A stretch of DNA of 44,320 nucleotides from Psammoneis japonica (lineage: Eukaryota). Where the stretch lies: positions 248,001-292,320 of the forward strand of contig QPGO01000104.1 of NCBI GenBank assembly GCA_008632985.1, in the 5' to 3' direction. This document shows, piece by piece, positions 23,250 through 35,389 of the stretch (within the stretch, counting starts at the first letter, position 1; every line of letters starts with the position of its first letter). The translations under genes and the position numbers were made by a program. Under the pieces are notes generated by a model, which was not told the origin of the DNA, did not search any database, and worked only from the letters and a program-made list of their open reading frames with translations.

Positions 23250-25800
23250 GCCTGAGCAGTTGGCCTTGTCTTTGATGCTCGTTGAGTTTGTTGAGAAACG
23301 AGCATGTGTCCCAGATCAAATCCATCCAGCACAACTTGCAACAAACCAAACACGACATGTGGTGGTGAATGACATTTTAGAAGTGCAGCTGCACCAAGTG
23401 ACGAGCGGCCTGTGTTGCACAGTGCTTTTGATGATCCAATTTGTTCTGATGCTTCCAACATTTGGAACCTTGGAGTGTGGCATCAAGCAAGATGCAACCA
23501 TGAACTCCTTGCATTTGCTCACCCTTGGATGATTCTACAGCCAGACAAACCAAGCTGCAGCAATGCAAACAATGCTGACATTCCATTTGCAAAACTCACC
23601 ACAGTCGCAACTGGCAGTTGGTCCAGCAAAAACTTCAGTGCTTGCTCCTCATCGTCATCCACTCCAGCCACCCCGGAAGAGGTGCGCTTCTTGGTGGCAC
23701 GTTCAGGAGAACCTTGTCCGTGGGGGGCATGCCATTGGCCGAAAACATCAATTTGCTCTTCACTCAACGTTTGCACATTGAACGAGGGCACGCAGCAAAG
23801 TTCATGTTTTGAGACAGTGCACTGCAAAAAGTTCCCACTTTGCATGATGACAGAGAGTTGCCAAGTCAAAAGTAAAGCAGAGTGCGTCAGAGCCAACATT
23901 CCATCTACCTGCCGTCGATCTTGTGCAGCATCATCATTTGTCATGTCGATGAAGGTGTGAAGGCATCACTGCAAATGGTCATTTCTTCATCAATTTGTTT
24001 CAGTGGCTGACATGTCACTGCCTTTTGATGTGTCTTGTTGTGTTTGATTTGTTTTTGATGATTTGTTGAGCTGCTGAGATGTTGTTGTTGAGCAGGTCGC
24101 AGGGGAACGATGTTTCGCCATTGTCGAGATGCACAAATGACACAAAGAAGCACGCACCAAGGCAACCAAAAACGGAGCAGTCCAACTGGTCAAGTCTTTG
24201 CGAGCACCCAAATTTGTGTGTCACTCAGTCTTTGATGAGATTTGTGTTGGAGTTCTTTCTGTGGCAAGTTGGAGCTGTGGATTCCGGTGATTTCAGGTGG
24301 CTGCCGTGTGATTGCTTGACAGACCTGCAAATTTCTCCAAACTGCCAAAAATGAAATGCACACAAATGTCCATCAGAGCCAGTGGACCACAGCGGAAGGC
24401 ACAAAGCTTGTCTTGGTGATTGTTGCAGTGTGAACACACAAGTCATTTCTGGCATTTTGAAAAATGCCAACAACTGCAATCAGCTGAAAGTGTTGCAAGA
24501 CAAACCCGATCAAAATCCAGAATTGCCAGAAGCGCTTTTGCTTGATCGTGAACATCATCCTTGGAAATGCCGCATGTGTCAATTGCCTCCCATTTGGCTC
24601 AGCGGGGCACCTCCTGACCAGTGGCAGGAGGCACCAATGCATGGACTTGGCAACACTGCAAAGGCCATGATGCATTTGATGGAGAAAGGTTTGGCTTGTT
24701 GCTCACATGGGTGATGGGAGCAGATTGCAGAGTCCTTGCAGATGAACCAGGCATGACACTGTTGTGAAACACTGAGACTTCCTTGGCTGAATGTGCACCC
24801 ATTCACAAAGGGCAGTTTTGCTGGGTTTGAATGCAAAAATTGGATTGCGCTTGGACATTTGTTTAAATTCTTTGCCAACTTGTTTCTTGAAACACCGGAT
24901 GGCCCACCTGTGGTGTTTCTGCCTGTCAACAAACAAGCAAGTTGGACCATGCTGTTCAACAAGGCAGGGCTAAAAATGTGTGGATTGCCAATCAACAGCA
25001 GTGCCAAAGAACTGCATGAATGTGTCGCGGTTCACATGGATGTGACAGACCCTCCAGGCACACTGCCATCTGCTGAGCTGCAGGTGTCGGACGTTGTTAA
25101 AATGCTCAATTCTGCCTCAAACATGTGTGCGCATGCCCTGGCAGGATTCAGCTCAGATGCTTTGGAGCTGCATCTCAGGTTTTGCATCACGCAATTTCTC
25201 AATGACACGGATGCTCTGGATCTGCCAATGTGACAAAACCGTGGCAAAGACAGCAAAGATCTGGCCCCAATCTGGCATGAACGACATGCTGTTCTTGGCA
25301 TGTTGTCTTTTCCTGACAACATGCATGACAAAGGACCAGTGCGAGTGCATTGGGAAGGGGAAGACAAAAAGGTGCTGAAACAGAACAAAAGAGAATTCCA
25401 TTCATGCAGCAAAAATTTTGCTCAAAACATGCACAGCGGGTTCAATGTCGCTGCTGCAATGGACCGTGTGACTTCAACCAGTGAGAAGCACAAATCTTTG
25501 GACTCTGATGCCTTGTTGCAAGAGTTTCAGATTAAAAAAGAGATGCCAGATCTGCACATGTGCAAGACATGGCAGCATCTTCTTTCTCTTGTTGATGGAA
25601 AAGATGACAAAGAACCAACAGTTCTTGTGCAGTTAGAAGAGGGCAAGACTGGAGCTGCAGTGGAGCCCAACCGTCTGCTTCACATCCAGCTTGTGTGCAA
25701 GGAAACATTTGGTTGCAAGGATTGTTTTGCTGCCACAATCACCAGTGAAGAGTCATCCAACAGACTCCAACAGACGTCTGTTGCAAATGAATCAGATTGA
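23250..25800 (+). pseudogene. Degenerate DNA transposase, Plavaka/CACTA(EnSpm)-like
   Basis: Consecutive plus-strand fragments with LPPIW..EAPMHGLGNTAK (D.MH.L..G-like), GSFAGFECKNWIALG and LSFPDNMHDKGPVRVHWEG (GP.R.YWEG-like). Family assignment is from recalled motifs; boundaries approximate. Confidence 0.55.
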
Positions 25801-25837
25801 AGCCATTTTGGCAGGCTTCTGCAGGAAAACACGGATG

Positions 25838-27200
25838 GATCAATTTGCTGGGGATTCGTTGACTCCGAGTGCAGAGACCTGTGCCAAGATTTGGTTCTAA
25901 GATGGGCAACCCTTGCAACTGACATTTAGATCTCCATCACCTTGTGCTTGCTCAATCTTCTGCGGACTGGCTTGGGCAAATTGAGCTGGTGCATCGTCAC
26001 AATTTTCATTGACAAATCATTGGTCATGCAGGCTGCTTCTTCTGGCCGGTTGGCCAAACACCAATTCCAGCAATCAAGATTTGTCACAGACACAGCATGT
26101 GAATGATTGGAGTCAAAAATTCAACCATTGCACACAGTCACGCAGCAGTTGTTTGACACACAAGGTGAGCTTCTTGCACAGCAAATCTTCCGCTGTGATG
26201 CTGACATCTCTGGTGCAGTCTGTCTTCCTGCCATTGTAAACTTCATCAGACCATCAACCAGAGGATGCTCCTTTTGCAATCAACCTTCCATCAGAGACAC
26301 CGCAAACCACATCCGTCAGTCACCATGAGCAGCTGATGTTGCAGAAGCCTCAATTTGACAGCTGACATGACGCATCATGCACTTGTCTTGCAAGTGATGC
26401 AGCACATTGGCCAATGAAGAAAAAATGCACGTGTCGTTGTTGCCTTGCAAAAAGCAAACCTTGGGACCAAAGGTGGGGAGCAAGATTTCCTCTGGCTTTG
26501 ACAACGCCAATCCTTCAGGCATTTCACAAGTCACACCTGGCTTCAATGCCATCATGGCCTTGCACACACTTGGGTGGCAACACCCAAAGTTGCACTTGGC
26601 CAACCAACCAGAACAATGCTTTTGCTCATCACCTGCAGCTGTCCATGCAAAGAATTTTGGGTGCTTGTTGCCCGCATCTTCTGTGCTGTCTGCCAAGCCC
26701 TCCGCAAAATGCTGTTTTGCCTTGTCCTTCTGCAGGGCTTGCACTTTGCAAATCAGGTCTGTTTTGATCTGCTGTTCAGCCCTTCATTGTGTGATTTTCC
26801 TCAACTTCTTGTTGAGCTTCTGTGGCCTGTTGGGCTTCTCCTTTGCCTTTTTAACTGGACACCACAGCTTGTCCATGTTGGCTGTTCCCACATCATTGCT
26901 TTCTTTAAAATGGTCTTTGATCTGTGCTCCGCCATTTTCTTGTTCTTTGCACCAACCAAACAAATGAGGCATGTCACATTCCAGCAAATATCCATGGGAC
27001 GTTTGGGCACTTCTGCACTCCTGTTTTTGGGTGCTGTCCATTCCATGCAGCGCACTTTGGAAATTTTGATCACATCATCGCACTCCACTTTGGCGCGGTG
27101 ACGTGCACATCTGTGCCCTCTTTTGGACAGACTTGGTGTTCAGGAGCCTTGCACAACAACCCTTTGACGTTGTCTTTTCCTGTTGTCCTTTTCAAAAATT
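25838..27200 (-). pseudogene. Duplicated segment B, copy 1: degenerate ORF ending in a putative Cys-peptidase-like domain
   Basis: Collinear with 29298-30623. Minus-strand LLPTFGPKVCFLQGNNDTCIFSSLANVLHHL followed downstream by IFDSNH. Confidence 0.6.
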
Positions 27201-27706
27201 CTTCCTCCCTGTCCGCACAACTCGCTGCATCTCTGTGGTCACTCATCAAAGAACCCATGGCAGCATGAGTTTGCCTGGCAAGGTTTTGACATTGCACGTG
27301 ACAGATCGCTCTTTGTTCTTGGCACTGGTGCAGACAGCAGGCAGATTTGCACCAACAAGCACATGGTTCATCTCAGCAATGAAAAACTTTTGTTGATCCA
27401 AACCTTGAGCCTCTTTTGAGAGATCACGGTTGCTTTGAACCACCCTCAACAATGTGCTGCACAGCTTGTGTGACATTTTGTTCTTGCATTTTGGTGGGTG
27501 CATCTGTGCAACATGGTCGAAGTGTGTCGTCATCACCTCTTTAAACAACCATTTCCCCGCGTGCGGAAGCTCTCCAGCGTTGTCATCCATTGTCCCTTCT
27601 TTGGCAATGCACCGATTGGTGCAACCAACTGTCACCTGGGCCTCTGGGTTGTTGGCGTCAACGCTGGCAATGTCGTGGTTGTCCTTCAAATCAACACATG
27701 GGAAAT

Positions 27707-29291
27707 GAGAGCAACCCAACCTGCCAAATGTTGGGGGACATTTTGGTCAGAAATGCTCCGGCATGATGGGGGAGTGGTTTTCTCCCCCAAGACGTGCCAT
27801 CCTGGGTGTCTGCATGTTGGGGGGTGGTGCATGTTGGGTGAGCTCAATTTCTGCTCCCCCAACATGTCACCTCACGGCCGCACCTCCTTTCCCACCACGT
27901 CAGCACAATTTTTGTGCTTGATGCTGTTTTGTCATCATTGTTCTTCTTGCCCCAAGTTCTGTGTGATGTCACCTCACAGTCACAGATGTCCACATCACCT
28001 GCGACGTGTCCTTCTCACATCATTGCCATGGTGCTCATGTTGGCCTGACTGGCCCACATCCTTTTCATCATCACACACTCATCATCGGCTGTTGTCAGTC
28101 AGACATTTCCTTTCAATCTGTGGACCCTGTGTCACTCTCCCATGGTTTGTGTGTGGCAGTTGTCCAACCAACTTGCTTGAATGCCCTCATTGCTGTCAAA
28201 CAGCTCTTCCAATCTTGTTTGACAAATGCCCACACGAATGGGCGGTCACCCTCCAGTGCCCTCCCTGCAGCACCTGCTGGGTTGTTTGCAAAGATTGTCC
28301 TTGATGCAAAGACCGCATTCTCAGTTTTGCGGAAGCCAGCTGCCATGACACACAAATCCACCAGTGCAAAAAACGCGCTGCTCCCTCTCTCTCACCCCCA
28401 ACCAATGATGCAGATTCTCATTCTGTGGCCGTCCCTGACAATGATGTCACCACTTTTGCAGCAGATGATTCTGTCATGTCTGCAGACCTTTTCGGTGCAG
28501 ACCTGCCTTTGACCAACATGTTGGAAGAAGCCGACCGGTTTGCCGCCCCTCCAGCCGTTTCCACAGATTTGGCCAATCCACCCCACGTCAAAATCACCAA
28601 TCAGTTGCTCTCCATTCGACGCACTTGTTCCGATCCTTTTTTTGCTGCCAACAACTGGGCAGTGAAAAACGTCACCTGCTTGCCAAGAATTTGTTTGACA
28701 ATGCACAATTTGAAAAGTGTCAGACAAGGATGCTGACATTCACTTGTTGCTGGGCAAGTCAATGTTGTCCCTGTCTGAGCAACAGCAGCACATGTTGCTG
28801 GACTTGTTCAGATGGTTGGAACCCACCATGCTGGTGGGGGAAAGAAATGAGAGTCTGGATCACTTTTGGTTTGTTCTGCCCACCTCACCTGCACATGTTT
28901 GCAACACATGTTTAGAAGGATTGCATTCCCTTGAGGAGATGGTGCCCTTGGCACCAATGCAAACACTCGGCTCTGGCAAAAACACACACTCCGATTGCAG
29001 TGTGATTGACTTGTTGTGAAACTTTTCAGCATTTGGAGCCAGCCCAGAAAATCTGTGTGAAGCCGCTGACAAAAATGGTTTGTTTCAAGAAAATCAACCG
29101 GTTTTCCATGCAAGACAGTGTCGTTGGGTTGAGGGAATTTGTGACACTTCCATTTCAATTTGGAACAATGATGAACACACTGATTGTCCATTGCTTGTCA
29201 CAGCCTTTGAAACCTTTTCTGATGATTTTAACCCTGCCGCGAGCCTCATTGCATCCATTGTCAATGGCACTTGGGCTTGCCATGTTGGGTT
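27707..29291. repeat. Duplicated segment A, copy 2
   Basis: Matches 13842-15393. Confidence 0.92.
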
Positions 29292-29297
29292 TGGAAG

Positions 29298-31760
29298 GAT
29301 CAATTCACTGGGGATTTGTTGACTCCGAGTGCAGAGACCTGTGCCAAGATTTGGTTCTAAGATGGGCAACCCTTGCAACTGACATTCAGATCTCCATCAA
29401 CTTGCACTTGTTCAATCTTCTGCGGACTGACTTGGGCAGATCGAACTTGCACATCACCACAATTTTCTTTGACAAATCATTGGTCATGCAGGCTGCTTCT
29501 TCTGGCCAGTTGCCCAAACACCAATTCCAGCAATCAAGATTTGTCACAGACATGGCATGTGGATGATTGGAGTCAAAAATCCAACCTTTGCGCACAGCCA
29601 CACAGTGGTTGTTTGACAATCCACACAAGGTGAGCTTCTTGCACAACAAATCTCCCGTTGTGATGCTGACATCTCTGGTGCAGTCTATCTTCCTGCCTTT
29701 GTAGAACTTCATGGGACCATCAACCGGAGGATGCTCCTTCCGCAACAGGCCTTGCATCAGAGACACCGCAAACAACATCCGTCAGTCTCCAAGAGCAGCT
29801 GATGTTGCAGAAGCCTCAATTTGATGGCTGACACAATGAGTCATGTGCTCGTCTTGCAAGCAATGCAGCACACTGGCTGACAAAAAAAAAACGCACGTGT
29901 CATTGTTGCCCTGTAAAAAGCAAACCTTGGGACAAAGGTGGGGAGCAAGATTTCCTCTGGCTTCGACAACACCGATTCTTTGCCTGGCTTCAATGCCATC
30001 ATGCCTTGCACACACCTGGGTGGCGACACTCAAAGTTGCGCTCAGCCCACCAACCAGAATGATGCTTTTGCTCGTCACCCATGACTGTCCATGCATGGAA
30101 TTTTGGGTGCTTGTTGCCCACATCTTCTGCGCCATCGCTGAGTCCTCCGCAAATGCTGTTTTGCCTCGTCCCTCTGCAGGGCTTGCACTTTCCAAATCTG
30201 GTCTGTTTCAATCTGCTGTTCAGCCCTTTGTTGTGTGATTTTCCTCACCTTCTTGTTGAGTTTCTGTGGCCTGTTGGGCTTCTCCTTGGCCTTTTTAACT
30301 GGACACCGCAGCTTGTCCATGTCGGCTGTTCCCTCATCATTGCTTTCTTTGAAACAGTCTTTTTCTTGTTCTTTGCACCAACCAAACAAATGAGGCACGT
30401 CACATTCCAGCAAATCCCTGGAACATTTTGGTGCTTCTGCACTCCTGTCTTCGGGCACTGTCCATTCCACACAGCACACTTTTGACAAATTGATTGCATC
30501 ATTGTGCTCCACTTTGGCATGGTGACGTGCATCCATGTCCTCTTTTGGACAGACTTGGTGTTTGGGAACCTTGCACAGCAACCCTTTGATGTTGTCTTTT
30601 CCCATTGCTTTTTTCAAAAATTCAAAGAACGCAATGCCTCAATTTCCATGCATGCTCTTGGATTGTTTGATTTGACTGCACGGTTTTGACATCTTTTGTG
30701 AATGAGTTTGCCAAGCGGCAGATCCCTGGGCTTGGCGAACTTGGTCTTGCTGACTGCAGCAGAGGGTTTTGTGTCAGGCAGTCCATGCTCTGACAGATCA
30801 ATTGCAAGTTGGCTGTGCATTGCCTCCTTTGTGGTTTTCAGAGAATCCTTGAACCATCAAGGATTGTCCTTTTTCCAGACAGCACTGTTGTTGAGAGTTT
30901 TCTTCACACAGTTCTGGCAAACATCCTTGTCATGGAGAAATGGCAACAAAAACAACTTTGACTGGGTCTGCACCTGCTCCGTTGTTCTCAAAACTCTTGA
31001 GTTGTCATTTTCAATTTCTGCCAATTCTTTCCAGTTCCGCCATGGCTCTGCGAAACCCATTGTTTTTTAGCAGCACTCAACGACATTCTCCTGGCAATGA
31101 GGCAATGTGCCCCACTTGTTGCTTGCATGAAAGCAAAGGGACTGGGCAAGACCAAATGAAAATGGACAAACACCGCACTTTTTGGCAATGACATCCTCTT
31201 GCAGATGGTTGATCGTGCACACAAAGTCAAACGTAACTCCAATGTTGTGAAAGCAACGGCAGAGGAGCGCAGCCACCACACCATTGGACATGTCGCAGCC
31301 ATGTTCCTTTGCTGTTTTTTGCTCACAAACAATTGGCATGTGTGTGTGTTTGTGCTGGACATGCTGCCAGATAACTGAGCAGTTTTCATCATCAAAAACG
31401 CCAAGAAAGAAATGTGCCATGGCCTCTTGAAACCCCGCTTTGTCTTCCAGGTTGTTTGCGCATTTGTTGCTGTGGTGTGTGATGTCAAACAAGAAGACAC
31501 TGGAGCCTAGAGAACTTTTGAATGTGGCCATTTTCACCAAGCCGTTAGTGTCATGCTGGCTGTCGACCACCCCAGTCAATGCAGAACAATGCCAAGGGTG
31601 AGTGGCTGCACCCCTCCTTCCGAAGTGTGCCTTGTCACTCTCGACAAAGAGCTTGATTCTGGCAGGGGTGGGATCAACATTTTCCCTCCCCACAGCAACT
31701 TGTTCAACAGCAGTTGACAGTTGCTGCATGTTCATGTTGGACTTGTTCCCCTCCGACATG
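29298..31760 (-). pseudogene. Long degenerate ORF (about 800 codons) ending in segment B copy 2
   Basis: Chain of minus-strand fragments 31067-31798, 30857-31060, 30614-30820, 30075-30617, 29782-30195 and 29386-29778, including QGNNDTC and NNHCVAVRKGWIFDSN. Confidence 0.55.
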
Positions 31761-31819
31761 ATTGATGATGAAGCAGTCCAAGCCACCCCCACACACACTG
31801 CAGCTCATGTTCATGATGG

Positions 31820-32290
31820 AGAACAAAGTCTCTGGACAGGTTGCCAACAGACACAGCACCCAGCTCTCCTGTCCATCACAACGATTGCACTCCAAGAAAG
31901 ATGCACAGCCTGAGCACCAGTGAAGGAAGGGCAGCCATGACCTTCAAGGCAGCTGCGAATGACACACAACGACAACCAGAGTGGTGTTGTGTCATGTCGT
32001 GTGGGTGGAGACTTGCATCCGGGACAGAACTTGTGAGGCAGCAACTTGCATCCGTGACAGAGAACAATGTCTCTGGACAGGTTGCCAACAGACACAGCAC
32101 CCAGCTCTCCTGTCAATCACAACAATCGCACTCCAAGAAGGATGCACAGCCCAAGCACCAGTTGAGCAAGGGCAGCCACAACCTTCAAGGCAGCTGCAAA
32201 CGATGCACGACAACAATCAGAGCGGGTTTGTGCCACATCATGTGGGCAGAGACTTGTGTCCAGGACGGAACAAATTTGTGCGTTTCGTGC
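31820..32290. repeat. Tandem duplication, two units of about 240 bp
   Basis: GTCTCTGGACAGGTTGCCAACAGACACAGCACCCAGCTCTCCTGTC at about 31828 and 32069. Confidence 0.88.
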
Positions 32291-32975
32291 ACGCGTGGGT
32301 GACTCTGCTTCTTCAACAGCCGCAGGATTCCTGTTGAACAGGAAAATCCAAAATTCGAGTGCGTGATTGTGCCTGTTTCCATCAAAAACAAGAACAACAA
32401 TTTTGCAGTGGGATTTAGCTGATCAACAACATGGACACGGCTGCACTTGCACAAAGGCAGCAAAGTGCATTGTGCTTGCAATCAATGCCAAATTTGACAG
32501 AGATGGAGACATTGCCAACAGAAACAAAGGATGGGGCAGGTGTTGACAGAGAGAGATGCTGCTGCAGTTGGTGTTGATTGTGTGCTGCTGGGTGGTTGAC
32601 GTTTCATGTTCTGTCAAGAGAGCGAGCGCAGGCTGTTGCCATGGAAACAGCACTGAAATGCACACATGGCAAGCACATGCAGGGCGTCAATGTAGATTGC
32701 ATGTTGCGGCGCAGCATGTCATTGCTTGGGGTGCACATGTCATTGCAATGTAGAGCCAACAGACCAGCGAGGGGCAATGACATCCACATTCTTGCATGTG
32801 AATTTCTGTGTGTGTCTGCATGAACAACATTCAGCAACGTGTGCGATTCTCCGGGAACAAAACAAAGGAAGACAATTCGAAACAATTGCACAGACCAAAG
32901 ACAAAAAATGGGGTGTGTTTCGAAAAATTTAAATGGAGCACACCCGTTTTGAAATCCCACCCTTCAAACTGCAGA

Positions 32976-33470
32976 AATTTGGCACCCTTGGTCATTTTGC
33001 TTTTGTGGTTTTGCAAAACTTGGCCATTTTGTGCCCTTTGTGATTTTGCGCCCTTTGTGATTTTGCACCCTTTGCTGCCACTTTGCACCCTTTGTGATTT
33101 TGCACCTTTTTGTGAATTCACCCCTTGGCCATTTTGCGCCCGCTGTGATTTTGCACCCTTTGCTGCCACTTTGCGCCCTTTGTGATTTTGCTCCCTTTGA
33201 GATTTTGCGCCCTTCGCCATTTTGCACCCTTTGCCGACATTTTGCACCCCACATGATTTTGCACCCTTTGCCGACATTTTGCACCCTTTGTGATTTTGCA
33301 CCCTTGGCCATTTTGTGCCCTTGGTCATTTTGTGCCCTTTGTGATTTTGCGCACTTGGCCATTTTGTGCCCTTTGTGATTTTGCACCTTTGTGATTTTGC
33401 ACCCTTGGCCATTTTGTGCCCTTTGTGATTTTGCACCCTTTGCCGCCATTTTGCGCCCTTTGTGATTTTG
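32976..33470. repeat. 17-bp minisatellite array (TTTTGYRCCC plus TTTGTGA or TTGGCCA)
   Basis: Alternating TTTTGCACCCTTTGTGA and TTTTGTGCCCTTGGCCA-type units, with some 20-bp TTTGCCGCCA variants. Confidence 0.95.
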
Positions 33471-34199
33471 AATGAATGCTGATGTGCTGTCATGAATGCA
33501 GGCAGTTTGTGTGCTGTTGGCAATTGGCCCACTTTTGCTCATTCAGTGACCCCGGTGGCACAACATCTCACAATTCTAGAACCTGTTGATGCTGTTCAAC
33601 ACTCTGTCTTGTCTCACACCCAATTCTTGGCCATCATGGCAGCATTTGTTCACTTCATCAGAGCCAACATGCCATGATGTTCATTGCCTGGAACGGGCAT
33701 CGCAAACGGCACGACGGTGTTGTTGCGATCGATCAATTTTTGCGGCAAGCGCCATGTTGGTCCCATGGTTGCTCGTGCAATCGCTGAGTCCTTTTTGTGT
33801 GTGTCAACATTCATGGACATGAATGACATGCTCTTGGAGACCAGAGCTGTGATCCGCTAGACATGACGTCAGTGGACGGAATGTTTGATCACATGGATGG
33901 AACATGTTGGCCAAGACACGCAAACATTCGTGATGAAGACAACACAATGACTCATGCGCTGAGGTCTGTTTTTGACTGCGTGCATTTGACCAATCAAAAC
34001 ACGTTGTCAAACTCTTTAGACACTGCACATGTGGACACATGTCTGTCGCCAATCATCACTTGGGAGCAACACCGCCTGATTGTGGGTTCGCCAAGCAGAA
34101 ACCGCCAAATCGGCACAAGAACCACACATTTCTCCCACTTTTCTCCGCTCACATGAGTGGATGCTCACGCGTCAAAATGCAAGTGACCATTGATGCACC

Positions 34200-35085
34200 A
34201 TGGCTGCCACCGCAGCCTTTGCCGCTTGTCTTGCGCACTGTGGATGCAATGCGCAGATGCGCACCTGCACAGCCCATCAAGGCTTTGCTGCTGTCGAGGA
34301 CTTGGAACAGGCCCCTTTGACAGAAATTGCAGACATGACTGAGGGCATTGTGAAAAGCGTGGGTGCCGCCGCTGACCCCCAAGTCCGCTTCCCATGCCTG
34401 GCAAATCGCAAGTTCAAGGCACTGCGTGCATGGATTGACTGCCGCAGAGCCCGAAACCAAGAGCCGACCGCTGCTCTCTTCGCTGGCGATGTCATTGGAG
34501 CATGGACGGCACGTCTCACTGAACTGGAGCAATTCAAGTCAGCAGACTCAGACAACGAATCGGCTGCCAAGACGGCCATGGAGCTCAAGAATCTGTGTGA
34601 CTGGCCTGCCTTCCAAAAGTTGCTGGAGACCAAACTGCGCCACCACCGCAGCGCCGTTGCCAGCGTGCCACTTGTCTTCCCAACCAGGGAGCATGAAGAC
34701 GTCACCGCCAAAATGTTGGCTGCCACCTGCACTGCCATTGACGACTCATTGCTGCCACTTGACTTGCAGGAGCTCAGCACATGCAGGGTGGGCAATGCCT
34801 GCATGATCTCTTGAAGAAGTTGGTGACAGGGGGGCCCAGATGGGCTTTTGTCAAACCCTCCAATTGCAGCCGCAATGGTTGCACTGCTTTCTCTGCACTT
34901 GAGAGGCAGGCAGAAGGATTGGCTGCCGCCACTGCCCAAAAGAACCGTGCTTGTGCACAGATTGCTGCTGCAAAGCACAATGGACGGGGTCGATTCACTT
35001 TCGACCAGTGCACTCAGCACCATCAAAAAGCTCACAACGACTTGTCCAAGCTTGATGAACCGGCAGCCGAGACCAAGAAGGTCTC
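34200..35085 (+). pseudogene. Diatom-type Copia gag, frameshifted and 3'-truncated
   Basis: KFKALRAWID, VPLVF..REH, LHDLLKKLVTGGPRWAFVKP..RNG..AFSAL..QAEG, RACAQI..AKHNGRGRFTFDQC..HQKAHNDL..LDEP..ETKKV match the recalled diatom Copia gag core, with Tyr read as Cys/His. Confidence 0.8.
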
Positions 35086-35389
35086 TTTGTCCCCCAAAGG
35101 ATCAACCCTTGTGCTCCCCTTTTTTGGCAATCAAAACTCCCCGAGACCGCCCCAAAGATGTGGCACTTGCCCCATTGGAAGCACTGAAAGAACACCCTCT
35201 TGCAATTGTTCTGTCCCGCTGGCATCATTCCCAACCAGACGTCTTTGATGAAGCAATCCGAAAGCAATGGAAAACAAGTGTGAAGCTTCGCGTGATTCCA
35301 TCACTTCACCACACTGAGGCTCTCTCCTTTTGTTTGTCCTGCACCATCAAGGAAGCACAAGGAGTGGTGGGCGTTGTCCCGTCTAAGAA

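Noticed and set aside
32976..33470. Degenerate telomeric repeat
   Set aside because: The 17-bp unit does not reduce to TTAGGG/CCCTAA even after restoring TA.
33718..33810. TGTTG...CAACA as the LTR of the second Copia gag
   Set aside because: Only about 90 bp, with no partner LTR or convincing PBS.
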